A stretch of 63,777 nucleotides of DNA, the filler included, from Saprolegnia diclina VS20 (lineage: Eukaryota): the NCBI RefSeq assembly GCF_000281045.1. It is 10 parts of 2 records of this genome, joined end to end, with 100 filler letters (N's around TTAATTAATTAA, not from the genome) between each part and the next. Parts side by side here need not be neighbours in the genome. Positions count along the whole stretch, not along the records: positions 1 to 28,942 come from NW_008246079.1; 9 more parts are not named here. The stretch is one strand, 5' to 3'. The notes under the pieces were generated by a model that was not told where the DNA came from, made no database searches, and saw only the letters and a list, made by a program, of their open reading frames with translations. Of this stretch, positions 1 through 11,510 are shown piece after piece (within the stretch, counting starts at the first letter, position 1; each line of letters opens with the position of its first letter). Both the position numbers and the translations under genes were made by a program.

Positions 1-1151
1 GGCATGACAAACTTGGGCGGAATCGTTGTTGCGTTCGCACAGATGCACTTGTACGCGGTCAGGAAGGCGTCCCAGTAGGCGTGCGCCGTCGTCGACTCGG
101 TCAAGAGCTCCTGCGGCAAGAGTCGGTGGCCACCCCGGAGACCCACAAGCGCATCTTGCGTCACATACGGCAAGAGCAAGCTCGTCTCGGCACGACACAT
201 GACCTCGTACCACCGACCCAGCGGATAGCCACGCAGCGCTTCCGGCCACAGCGCGGTCGTCGGTGTCACGTACGAGCGGCCAAGGACGAACGACTTGGTC
301 GCACTCACGCTCTCGTACGTCGCGAGTGCTTCGATCACCGTGGCCCACGTGTGCACCGTGTTGAAGACATACTTGTGCGTCTTGAGATCGCGCTTCCGAC
401 TCTCAGCCAGCGTCGTGCATGTGAGACCGACCGACCAAAAGAGCAGTCCGAGCTCGAGACCGTGCCATTGGCGTGGCCATGCAGCAGCGTCACCTGGGAC
501 GACAAAGTCGATGGCGACGCCACTGCCCGGCGGCACAACGTGCGTGTAGTACCGCTGCAACAAGTCCATGAGGTCGTCCCAGAGCGGAAGTCGCTGGCAG
601 TAACCGAGGTCGCCAAGGCGAGCCATCTGCGCGTCCGAGAGCTGGTAAAAATGAGCTTCCAGCTCCGGCACGACGTCCGCAAGAACGTACGTCCACGACC
701 GATGCCACGCACTTGTGTGCACAAACGTCGCCTGCGCCGGGATCGCCGTCGTCTGGTGCGTCGCGACATGCTCTTCGAGGGCGGCGATCATGGCAGCGAA
801 CGGCACCGCGTCGATCTCGTCAAAGAGCGATGCGCCCGTTGGGATCAGCCGACCGTCCTGACGCCACACAAACCCGATCGCATCCAATGCTAAGACGTAG
901 CGCACGGGAAGGTAGCACGTGCGCAGCGTCTTGACAGAGGCGCCGAGGCGCATGCCCGTCAAATGCAGCGGCCACGCTGTCGGCGTGTGGTCGAGGCGCG
1001 GGATGAAGAACGACAGTGGCACCTTGCAGTGGCCGTACAGCAGTCGGTAGACCTTGAGCGCCAAGAGCACGTCGAGCCAAGCGTCGTCGTCGATGGCGGT
1101 GCCGGCGCGGCGCGGCTTGGCTGGCGGCGACAGGGGTCGCTTGAGGTTCAT
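1..1151 (-). CDS. Helicase-associated (HA) repeat protein, 3' end outside window
   Basis: Hand translation from ATG at 1151 (MNLKRPLSPPAKPRR...AWLDVLLALKVYRLLYGHCKVP...WPLHLTGMRLG...LDAIGFVW) stays open to base 1. It is missing from the ORF track because it has no stop. It carries the HA pattern L..Y...YGH..VP...WP...G..LG...L..IGF.W. Confidence 0.85.
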   Translation of the reverse strand, partial: MNLKRPLSPPAKPRRAGTAIDDDAWLDVLLALKVYRLLYGHCKVPLSFFIPRLDHTPTAWPLHLTGMRLGASVKTLRTCYLPVRYVLALDAIGFVWRQDGRLIPTGASLFDEIDAVPFAAMIAALEEHVATHQTTAIPAQATFVHTSAWHRSWTYVLADVVPELEAHFYQLSDAQMARLGDLGYCQRLPLWDDLMDLLQRYYTHVVPPGSGVAIDFVVPGDAAAWPRQWHGLELGLLFWSVGLTCTTLAESRKRDLKTHKYVFNTVHTWATVIEALATYESVSATKSFVLGRSYVTPTTALWPEALRGYPLGRWYEVMCRAETSLLLPYVTQDALVGLRGGHRLLPQELLTESTTAHAYWDAFLTAYKCICANATTIPPKFVM

Positions 1152-2139
1152 GGCCGGTCTGTCTGGTGGTGGTCGATGGCGTCCTTCGCTGTGATTGGCC
1201 AATTCAGGCGGAGGCGCTTTTTCCCCGCCCTTTTTGACCAAACAAAAACTGACTTACTGCAGGACAACCTGTACATCATTAGGGTCATGATTTCGGCGAT
1301 ATCTCAATTAGTCGCTAAGTCTCTAGTCGCTTTCGAACGCGCTAGTCGAAGCTCTTTAGTCGACGCAAAGAAGTGGCGGGACACGGGATTTACGAATGGA
1401 CAGAGCTGGACTGTGACGGGGTGGACTATGGACGCTATGTCGCATTGCCACACTAGACGCAAGAAGACTTCGGGTGTTGATACTGTGTCTTCGGAAGCGC
1501 AATAATAACCACCCGCGTCGCAGTGGTTGGTGCTCATCACCGCAACTGTACTCGTACGTCAAGAGGTTGCCTACAGTCCAAGATAGCACCGAGCTGCACA
1601 GTGCACCCACCGAGCTGCCTCATGGTCGCCGAGCTCTTGCTTATCGAGGGCCTTCAGTCTCCGCTGCGCCAAGGTATCAGTTGACCCTCGGCTGCGAATG
1701 AAGTTTGGCGTGTTTGGCGGGAACAGCATCGAAGTTGATCGACTCTTCGAAATTCGGTTGCAGGTCAACGGGCACGAGCGCTCAAGCAGCTTGAGAGCGA
1801 GGTAGACAGTCGCCAGCACAGCGTATGGCATACGCGGCGCCCAGCAACAGCATCGACTTCTGTCGCCAGCAGCAGCGTCGTCCGCGCCTTGTTTAATGTC
1901 TGTAGCTAAGTAAAAAACATACTGGTTGGGCCGCATGTGGCTCTGCGCGGGCGTTCTGCCGACGCTCACGCCCACGCTACGCAGCAACCGTGCTAGGACA
2001 GAGCACGCACGGAGGGCGCTAGTATCGCCTGGCACTTCTCGCTGCAGCGGGTGGATGGCCGAGTCGAAATGGGTTTAAAACAATTATGCGTAAGTTTAAA
2101 ACATGTTTAAAACACTGGCACGGTGTTGGATTGAAGAGG

Positions 2140-5100
2140 ATGACGCTGGTGTGGGCGACCCAGCTCCAGGCATGGATCATCTACCGCTACCTCCACGGCC
2201 ATTGCCGCATCCCGTACTACTATGTGGTCCCAGCCACTGATCTGTGGCCGACATCGCTGCGTGGTGTCGCGCTTGGCAAGTCCTCGTCAGCTACCCGCTA
2301 CGATGCGGCCATGTACGCGCCCGACCGCTTTGCGCAGCTGGACGCGATGGGCTTTGAATGGTCGCCGCCGCCAAGGAACATGCACCGCAGCGTCGTCTAC
2401 GTCAACGGCGCCGTCAGCGTCCGCCACGTTCCGCTGCCCGCGCTCGTCCGTGCCCTTGAAGTCTTCCGTGAGCGCCACGGCCATCTCGTCGTGCCCGACG
2501 ACTTTCTCGTGCCAGAGAACGACGCTGCGTGGCCGCACGAAGCGTCGAATGTGCTGCTCGCGCGCGCTCCTCAGACGCTCTGCGCTCACTTTTTTGAGCT
2601 CTCGGACGCCGATGTGGCGACGGTGCATGGCCTCTCGCTCTGCAACGGGCTGCCGCGTTGGGGCGACGCCAAGCAGCTCCTCGCGCTCTACGTCAAGAGC
2701 ACCGGTGAACACACTGTGCCCATCGAGTTTGTCGTCCCGGCGGCGGCGCCGTGGCCGCAACGTTTCCATCACGCGTTGCTTGGCGAGCTCGCCTGGTACC
2801 TTGGCCGCAAGCGCCACGTGCTGCCACACGCCATGCTGCCCGAGCTCGACGCGCTCGGCATCGTCTTTGAAACCCCGGCGACATGGGCGGGCATCGTGCG
2901 CGGCCTTCGCATGCATGTTGCCAAGGTCGGTGATGCCGATGTCCCGAGCGACTTTGTCGTGCCCGACGACTGGGATCGACCGCTGGTTGGCCTACGCCTC
3001 GGCCGCTATGTGGTCGAGCTTCGAAAGGCTGTGGCGCTACTACTAGTTCCGAAAGAGACGCTATTGGCGCTCAGCACGCTTGTCGAGCTGCCGCCCGAAG
3101 TGACGCCGGCGCTACTGCGCTACGCTCCCCGCCCCGTGTCGCCGTCGCGCAAGCGCCGCCGGGTCGATCTCCGCGGCATCGACGACGAGAAGGTCGACGC
3201 GCTCGCTCTGTACCGCCACCTCTTTGGCGACCTCGCGGTCCCGCGGGACTTTGTCGTCGACTACTTCGACGATCGGTGGCCCGCGCCCTTGGGCGGATGG
3301 GCGCTTGGGGCCTACGCCGTGTCGCTAAGGCACCGACGGCACTTGTTGCCGCCGGAGAAGCTTGCGTCGCTCGACGCCCTCGGCTTTCTCTGGCAGCTCA
3401 AACCCGGTGCGATCTCGGTCACAACGTCGCTCTCACGCAAAGTAGCCACGTTCTCCGTGCTCCTGGCCGCGCTACGCGCTTACAAGGCAAAGACGGGCCA
3501 CGTCATCGTCCCGCCCGGCTTCAGTGTGCCGTTGCGCGCTCCATGGCCGTCGGACGCAGCCGGCATCAACTTGAGGCCTGTCCTGACGCTGCTGCGACAC
3601 CACTTTTACGACCTGAGCGCCAATGAAGCGGAGGATCTCCATGCACTCGGCATTTGCTCCGACCTGCCGTCGTGGGCGTCGTTGCTGGAGCTCCTACGAT
3701 GCTACACGGCGCAGTTTGGCCACGGCGGCATCGGCCTCGACTTTATCGTGCCGTCGACAAGTGCGTGGCCGACGCAGTGGCACAAGGCGCCGCTCGGTGA
3801 GATCGCGTACAGCGTCGGCCTCCTCGTGGCGGGGTTTGCTGCCGACAAGGTGCAGCAGTTGAGCGACACGGGGTTCCTCTTCAACACGCCAGCGACATGG
3901 GCGCGCATCGTCGACGGGCTGCGGCTGTACCACCGCTTCAACGGCTGCATCGACGTCCCTCCAGCATTCGTCGTGCCGTACTATCCTGCGTGGCCGATCA
4001 ACCTTCACGGACTGCCCCTCGGCCGCTTGTATCACTTCTTTAACGCAGCACAGGCGGTGCAGATGCTGCCGTCGGCAACGCAGCTGGACGTCGCGGGCTT
4101 TGCAAATGTGGCACCGACACCCGACACGGCGGCGCTGTGGGCAGTCGTTCTCGACGCTCTCTCGACGTTCCGCTCGGTGTTTGGCCACACGGAGGTGCCA
4201 AGTGACTTTGCCGTGCCAGCAACCGCGCCATGGCGACCCGACAGCCACGGGCTGCAGCTCGGTGCCGTCGTTACCTTTCTGAAGACGCGTCGGTCGATGC
4301 ATGCGCAGTACAAGGCGCCGCTGGCCGCGCTCGGTGTCATGTCGCCCACAACGACGATCGCAACTGCTTCCGAAACCACAGACGACGTGCCGACTCGCCC
4401 ACCGTCGTCGTCGCCAGCGGTTGGCGACGATCGTCCGGTTGGCATTGCCCCAAGGCAGCCCGATCCTCCGATCGCTGCTACCAAACCGGCGCGCTGTCTC
4501 TGGAGTCATACGCTTGCCGACAAGCTGGAAGCGCTCGCTTGGTTTCGCGCCGAGCACGGGCACCTCGTCGCCCCGAAACGGTACGTCGTGCCGATGTACT
4601 ACCCGACGCATCTGCACGGCATAAGGCTCCACGACGTGGTCGCGTCGTTGCGCGCGGCCACCGAGGGGCTCCCGTCCGAGCTGGAGGCTGCGCTCGACGC
4701 GATCGGCTTTCCCTGGCACCCGACGCCGTCGACGCTGCGCTGTATAACGCGCCTTCCTGGCGTAACAACCGTCGGAACCCGCTTCGTGCCACTGCACACC
4801 GTGTTCCAAGCGCTCTTCGTGTTCCGCCGTCTCTTTGGCCCCGTCGAGATTCTGCCGGGCTTTCTTGTCCCGGCCAACGACAGCATTTGGCCGGCGCCGA
4901 CGCATCACATAGACCTCTCGTGCGCCGTCGATGCCATTCGAACTCACTTGTACGAACTCCCCGACGCCGACTTTCAGTGGACGCAAACACTCGAGTTGGC
5001 GCCCGATTTGCCAGACTTTGACGGCGTCCTCGGGCTCCTGCGCGTGTACCGCGCCACGTTTGGCACGGGGGCCGTGGCCCGCGACTTTGCCGTGCCATTG

Positions 5101-5895
5101 AGTGGTGGCGATTGGCCGTCGGCGTGGCGCGGCTTGGCGCTCGGTGACCTTGCGTGGCGCATCGGCTTGAAGACATGGGCGCTCGAGCCGCGCAAGGTGA
5201 AGCTGCTCGACGACACGGGGTTTGTCTTCAACGATACGGAAACGTGGGCGCGGATCGTTGCGGGACTGCGACGATACTGCACCCTCTTTCATACGACGTC
5301 GGTGCCGCCGACGTATCGTGTGCCGCCGACGGAGGACTGGCCGCCGCATCTGCACAACATGGATCTCGGGCGCTGGGTCGCGACGCTCCTGTCGGCGCGA
5401 GAACTGCGGCTGCTGCCGCCGGCGACGCGGTCGACGGTTGATGCGCTGCTAGAAGCCGCTGCGAAAGATGAAGTGTCGCCACCACCAGCGTCGTCCGCCA
5501 CCATTGCCGAGTGCGGTGCGTCGTTGCCTCGGCCGATCGTGCTGCCAGAGTCGACGCCGGTTGCTGCAGCTTCGTCCGAAGCTTTTGAACTCGACGACAG
5601 CGGTAGCGACAATGAAGGAGAATCACGCACTGCTCAAGACGACCAGTGCGAGTGTCTCGTTGCCGCCCCAGTGGTGGATTGCTTGACCGATCGTGCCGAC
5701 TGGGTCATCTTCACCGGGGCGTTGCAGTCCTTCTTCCGTGACTTCGGACATGCGGACGTGCCATTTGACTTTGGCACAGTGGACGGTGTGCCGCTCGGGC
5801 ACTTGGTGCAGCAGCTGCGCAACGGCGACATCGTGCTCTCGAGTCCACGCAAGGCCGACCTCCGCCAGCTTCATTTGCCGTCGTTTAGGTTCTAA
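2140..5895 (+). CDS. HA-domain repeat protein (about 14 units)
   Basis: 1269-aa ORF with the likely start at MTLVW (2140). Repeated ALxxY/FxxxxGHxxVPxxFxVP...WP...GxxLG...LDALGFxW units and a basic RKRRR patch. Confidence 0.88.
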   Translation: MTLVWATQLQAWIIYRYLHGHCRIPYYYVVPATDLWPTSLRGVALGKSSSATRYDAAMYAPDRFAQLDAMGFEWSPPPRNMHRSVVYVNGAVSVRHVPLPALVRALEVFRERHGHLVVPDDFLVPENDAAWPHEASNVLLARAPQTLCAHFFELSDADVATVHGLSLCNGLPRWGDAKQLLALYVKSTGEHTVPIEFVVPAAAPWPQRFHHALLGELAWYLGRKRHVLPHAMLPELDALGIVFETPATWAGIVRGLRMHVAKVGDADVPSDFVVPDDWDRPLVGLRLGRYVVELRKAVALLLVPKETLLALSTLVELPPEVTPALLRYAPRPVSPSRKRRRVDLRGIDDEKVDALALYRHLFGDLAVPRDFVVDYFDDRWPAPLGGWALGAYAVSLRHRRHLLPPEKLASLDALGFLWQLKPGAISVTTSLSRKVATFSVLLAALRAYKAKTGHVIVPPGFSVPLRAPWPSDAAGINLRPVLTLLRHHFYDLSANEAEDLHALGICSDLPSWASLLELLRCYTAQFGHGGIGLDFIVPSTSAWPTQWHKAPLGEIAYSVGLLVAGFAADKVQQLSDTGFLFNTPATWARIVDGLRLYHRFNGCIDVPPAFVVPYYPAWPINLHGLPLGRLYHFFNAAQAVQMLPSATQLDVAGFANVAPTPDTAALWAVVLDALSTFRSVFGHTEVPSDFAVPATAPWRPDSHGLQLGAVVTFLKTRRSMHAQYKAPLAALGVMSPTTTIATASETTDDVPTRPPSSSPAVGDDRPVGIAPRQPDPPIAATKPARCLWSHTLADKLEALAWFRAEHGHLVAPKRYVVPMYYPTHLHGIRLHDVVASLRAATEGLPSELEAALDAIGFPWHPTPSTLRCITRLPGVTTVGTRFVPLHTVFQALFVFRRLFGPVEILPGFLVPANDSIWPAPTHHIDLSCAVDAIRTHLYELPDADFQWTQTLELAPDLPDFDGVLGLLRVYRATFGTGAVARDFAVPLSGGDWPSAWRGLALGDLAWRIGLKTWALEPRKVKLLDDTGFVFNDTETWARIVAGLRRYCTLFHTTSVPPTYRVPPTEDWPPHLHNMDLGRWVATLLSARELRLLPPATRSTVDALLEAAAKDEVSPPPASSATIAECGASLPRPIVLPESTPVAAASSEAFELDDSGSDNEGESRTAQDDQCECLVAAPVVDCLTDRADWVIFTGALQSFFRDFGHADVPFDFGTVDGVPLGHLVQQLRNGDIVLSSPRKADLRQLHLPSFRF

Positions 5896-6068
5896 CACTG
5901 TACGATGACGGTTGTTGTTGAAACTTGATTTGGTACTAGTCCATTGTCACTGCAACACTATTCGAATAGTCACAGCCCCTGAATCCGCATTTCTGGGTGT
6001 GATAATATCAACTTGATACAAATAACGCAACAGAATTCAAAAGGACTCGATTCAACATGACAGTGAGC

Positions 6069-9000
6069 TTATGGCGCGTCATGCGCGGAGACGCCTTGAA
6101 CGTGGATGAGTTTGCTGCTGCTGGTACCTGCCCGCCTCGCCACCGAAGCCTGCAGCACGTCGCGGATCACATCGTCGTGGCAGGGCACGCTGCGCCAACT
6201 CTTGATATCAAAAGCATAGAGCTTGCCGCGCCAGCGAAGCGAGACGAGGCCTGCCATCAACGCAAACACTGGATCGATGTCGGTACCAACCGTCCCTGCG
6301 TCTGGCGACAGGGCAAAGTAGCTGGCCGAGCTCAAATAGAGCGTTTGTAGTGTCATGGGCGATAGCGCTGGGAGGCGCCAACGCTCCAAGATGGCCGCCG
6401 TACCGACAATCGCGCATAGTGCAATCACGACGCCGGTTCCCACACCGCTGAGATGGCCAATCGTTATGCTTCCGGTGGTGCACACAAGCCCGGCGTCCAT
6501 GTTGTCGTAGACGCATCGCCGGTGGAGCGACGCCGAGTAGCGCCGTGGCGCTTGGCAGCCGACGGCCACGGCCCACGTCAAGAGCGAGCTCTTCCACGCG
6601 TACGACGGCGTGTACTGCTGCGTGACGCCGCTCAGTAGATCGTTGAGCACGTAGACAAGCCACGTGAGTTCGGACTCGACGAGCACGACCTTGTACGACG
6701 GCGTCGACGGCACTTGCAGCATTGCGCTGGTTCCCATCTTTTGGAGCGTCAAGCCGCTCGTGTTGAGAAGCCAGAGAGCGGTGGCGCTACGGACGACGAG
6801 GAGGAGGCGGCCGACCCAGACATGCCCGACTATGCGGTTGAGGTCGAAGAGGCTGAAGGCGTCAATGGCGCCGAGCGATGTCATCGTGTAGCACACGATG
6901 AGCCCTGTGACGCCAATGAGCACGACAGTGACGTACTGGGCGCTCGTCCGAAACACGAAGCTCAGCGCCGTCGGGATCTCGGTCGGGTCGAGGACGATGA
7001 CGACGGGACTCGTCGCGGCGGTGATGGGCCGCACGACCCCGAGATCACCTTGAAACGAAACAACCTCGCGCATGCCGACGACCCAATCGAAGAGAAAGCA
7101 CCAGCCAAAGAACGGCCACGCGCGGTCGTCCGAGCTGTTGAAGAGGCGGCGTTGGTAGAGCTCCACGTGCGACGAAGCGTTGCGGAGGTACTGCGCCACA
7201 ACGATGCCGAGGTCGTCGACGGTCGAATGGACAGCGGTGGCGAGTGGTGCGAGGGGCAACGCCGAGGTATAGGCAACTGCAAAGTCGTAGACATCGGCGT
7301 GAATGGTGGCGCACGTCGGTTCTGGAAACGCATCCGCCGCACAAAACTGGTCAAAATCCAACGTCGGATCGAGGACACTGGTCGCGTTCATGGCGACCAG
7401 CGCAAAGAGGAGCTGCAGTGACGACGGCGCGACTACCTCGGACCGCCACCAGCTGCACTGCGTCTCAAACCCGACAAAGGCCGTCAAGCCGATCGAAGTA
7501 TCGACTGGCTCCAGGTCGCTGCCGCACACGAGGTTACCGCCGACGTTGCCGGGCGGGTTCGTCGCATGCAGCAGTTCCCACGGCGTCACGCCAACGTACG
7601 CTTTCTCTGGCAGCGCGGCAAAGCGCGACTGGGCGAGGCTGTCGGTGGTCGTCACGTTGGCGACCGCTGAGTTTAGCAGGACGTAGAGCTGTTGCAGCGG
7701 CGGCGGCACCGAGATATAGACCATGTCAACGACGCCAAATGGACCCAAGGTGTCTCGCAGCACACAGAGCCCGGCCTGCAACGGCGTCACTAGAGTCGTA
7801 TTGACAAAAAGAAGTTGCTCGGGTGTCGTATTGGTAAATGCATACGTGGCACTCGCACGAAGCAGTGACGCACCCCCAATGCCACTGTCGTTGGTGGCGA
7901 CGGCCCATAGATCGCTGGCCAACGACCAGTACATCCGCATCGACGTCTGTCGGTCCGTGTGCATCTCGGGGGGGAACGTCGCGATCGTTAGCGGATACGA
8001 CAGCCCCCACGCCGTCGTCACCTCGATCGCGTCGTCGAATCCCGTGGTTTTGTAGTTTTGCCACTGGAGCCGGAAGGTCGAGAGACCCGAAGCTCGCCAG
8101 GATGAAACTTCGTCGTCCACCGAGTTGACAAAGCCTGCGGTCAATGCAGAGAGCCATTGCCGTCCGGTCGCTGACGTCTGCAGCGCAGAGCCAACACCGA
8201 TTTCAAACGAACGGCCCCAACAGCGCTGCCAGGCAGACCAATCGTTGAGGTTGCGCAGCGGTGCCTCCAAGTAAACGGCGCCGCTCAATGACATGGAGGA
8301 GACGCACCGTGCTTGCCGTGCTGCCGACGAAGCCATGGCCCATTTCCGACCAAAGTCGAGCCAGCAGTACTGGGTGAACATCCACGGCAGCTGGCACGGG
8401 TCCATGGACCGGAGGCCGTCGACGACGGTCGTAAGTGTAATGGAGGCGTCGTCAAAGAGCTGACGCCGGGCGAGGTTGGGCTGCCACTGGGTAGCGTCGT
8501 GCGCGTCCGAGTACGCTGGTACCCCCAGCGTTGGCGTATCCAGTATGAGGTCGGGAATGTCGATCGAGGACATGGCGAGCGAAGTGAACGTCGAGGCGAG
8601 GAAAGCGTGGGTCCCCGACGTATTGAAGCCGGACCAGCCAAAGTCGTTGGCGAGCGATTCCGACATGACCGAGAGGTACGCTACATTACTCGACAGCGTC
8701 GCGACGAGGTACCCGAGACCCGTGACAAGCAACGGAACATGGTGCATTAGCTTGCGTTGCCGAGTCGCGGGGGTAGCTCGAATGCGAACCGAGTGCTGGA
8801 ACCTGTTGGCAAAGGCAATAGAGCGTCGTCGCAGCGCCACGTCGTACGCATCACACACTAGAACCCTCCAGAGCTTCACGTCCGCAACGTACGCGACACC
8901 GCAAATTGAAAACGGTATGACGCCGCACAGAAACGCACTGGCGCCATCGAGCTCGACCGTCCCCGCCTTGACGCACGACCGTAGAGACAAGGGCAAGAGC

Positions 9001-11292
9001 CTGTGAAGAACCGCTTGACGCTCGGGCCGCGACAGCAGAGCTGCGCCGACGGCAACGCCAAGTAGCACAAGGCCAACGACCACAAGTCGGTGCCAACTGC
9101 CCACAGCGACAGAGCCACTCGAGCATGTGACAACCGTGAGGTCGTTCAAGTCGCACAAGCGCCCCAGAAAGACGCTCCATGTGACAGGCCAGCCCTGATC
9201 CAACCCCACGAGCGCCACAAATGCGCATGCAGCGCATCGCACCAGCATTTTGGCGGCTGGGCGACGTAAAATTGGCAGCACCACCTCGTACCAGAGACAG
9301 AGGAGCCACAGCGCTTCGCTCGACAGCGTCAAAGAAGCCCAGAGAGCGCGCGGTCTTGGATCGAGCTGAAGCGTTTTCGAGCTGTCGAGCACCGACGTCG
9401 GAGCCGTGGCGAGGCAGATGCAGGCCAAGGTGCCGCGGGCAGCCAAGGGATGCCGCGCCATCCAGACCGACGACACGATGGGGTTGAACATGCCCCACAA
9501 GGTGAAGCGGGTGCCGTAGCCAAGGACAATCGCCGCCGCTCCGACGGCGCCGAGAACACCGGACGTCATCGCCGCAAAGTACCACAAGTAAGGTCCGAGC
9601 GACGTTGGCGCCGGTGGCACAGAAGACACGGCCGCGGGGTACGCGACCGAGATGATGTTCATTGTTTGAACATCCCCTTGCAGCGAAATCACTTCACGCT
9701 CTCCGATAGCCCACTCATAGAGCATCATCCAGCCAAAGAAAGCAAAGGTAGCGTCAAGAAGCGGCTGCATCTCAACCGCTGGCGCTGCCATAGAGTTCGT
9801 CGGAAGCTGCGTCTGGTGGACCACGTACTGGAAGAGGCCAATGTCGAGACTGGTCAATGCAGCGGCGTCCAGAGGCAACACGCTTAGGTTTCGGGACAGG
9901 GTTTGCGCTGCCTCAAAGACGGCCAAGCAACCAGCTGCGTCGGTCGCTGCCACGCACGCAGCCGCGCCTTCCAGATGTGGAAGCTGTGTCAACGCAAAAA
10001 CAGAGCCAACCAGCGACGACGCCAAAGTTAGCGGCATCTGGCGACTACAGACGTCGTCAAAGTTGAGTGTTTGCTGGACAAATGGCAGTGCGGCGCCGTA
10101 GATACACCACGGATTCCCGCTCACGAAACGCAGTGACGGGTCGGCCCACTGAACGGGGCGGAGTGGAAGCACGGCTGGTGCCACCAGAAGCGCGTGCAAC
10201 GTGGGCGATGCAGTGAATGCGGTAATCATCTGCGACCGAAAGGCTGTTGCTGCCGCTACAAAGGCCGGCGGCGGCGTCAGCCACTTGGCGTCGAGCGCTG
10301 CGATAGCGCCCACTTGATCGTGGAGGGCGCGACTCGCGCCAGACAGCGGACACGACACGCTGTAGCACTCCATAATGTCGGGCGTCGTATCGGCAAAGTA
10401 GTTAGTCGTACTTCGCACCATGGACTGGATGGCGCTCATCGCGTACAAGTCGTTGAGCAAAAGGTCGTAGAAGACGCAGGTGTTGCGGAACCGCGCGCGG
10501 TTCACGCTTGGTATCGTCTTGAGCGGCCACGGAAGACGGATGCCCAGTGCGTTCTCGACCAAGACCGACTCGTGCAGACCAAAGGCCGTGCCAGTGCCGT
10601 CCGACCGATCTCCAAAACTGCGCTTCGTCTCCAAGGCTCCAGTGGGTGTGGGAAGTTAACGCGTCGAGCCAGGAGGCGCCGTACGGCCCGGTGGCAGCGA
10701 TGGGCCCACCGACGTGCGCGTCGAATCGCCCTTGAGTAAAGTGCCGCCATGCGTCAAAGTCGATGTTCCGGAGGACCGCCGCGAGGTGCACCGCCGCGTT
10801 CGACGACTCAGCAACGACGCAGCGGGCTTGGCGCTTGGACGTGTAGGCGAGCTCCCATACTTTATCCAGGTCGACCCAGCAGTAGGGCGACACGAGCTCC
10901 GACACCTGCATCGCATTCAGCGTCCGCAGACTCGCAATCGACGAGGGTAGATCGGTCAGGTCGCTGTACACGAGCCGCCGGACGTACACCGTGTCGACGC
11001 CCGAGGTGAGTGAGCCGAGAATGGTCGCCGACGGCGCAAAGACGTCGACGGGCACGAATGCTGTCGCCGGTAGCACCGAGAGGTTGGTGTTTAGAATCTG
11101 TCGGAGCACCGGCGCCGTCGACCCAAACTGAGGCCAAAAGTAGTCGGTCGCCGTGTACGTCGCAAACCCTTCGAGAGCCGCAAAGCTGAGGGCGATCGAT
11201 GCTGCCACGTACGTGACGCCCAGCGCGTGCTGGTACCACGGCACCGATGCCGACGTCACGGGCACGTCGAGTGCCACCCGCGCCACAACCAT
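6069..11292 (-). CDS. Large multi-pass membrane protein with two internal repeats (oomycete-type), interrupted by a frameshift near 10590
   Basis: ORF 10402-11337 (DYFWPQF, YCWVDLDKVWELAYTSKRQARC, HLAAVLRN) matches the second repeat in ORF 6069-10634 (NDFGWSGF, YCWLDFGRKWAMASSAARQARC, YLEAPLRN). There are many hydrophobic helices. The first in-frame ATG is at 11292. Confidence 0.75.
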
Positions 11293-11510
11293 CGACGTCG
11301 GTTGGACTGGAAGTGAAACGCTAGTGGTATGTCTCACCAGAATAAGCCGGTTTGGTGTCCCTCATGCATTAGGGTTACTGTCCTAGCAAAGGACTAGGGT
11401 AGCAGCCACCACCAGACGTTGCTAAACCTGTAGTACGTGACATGTAGTGCACATGCGAGGCCGCCACAGAGCAGATTCAGAAAGCATACATTCACACTCC
11501 ATCTCTACTT

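Noticed and set aside
1571..2035. Minus-strand ORF with a cyclin-like phrase (TVYLALKLLE)
   Set aside because: A single short resemblance, no ATG-led model and no other cyclin-box features.
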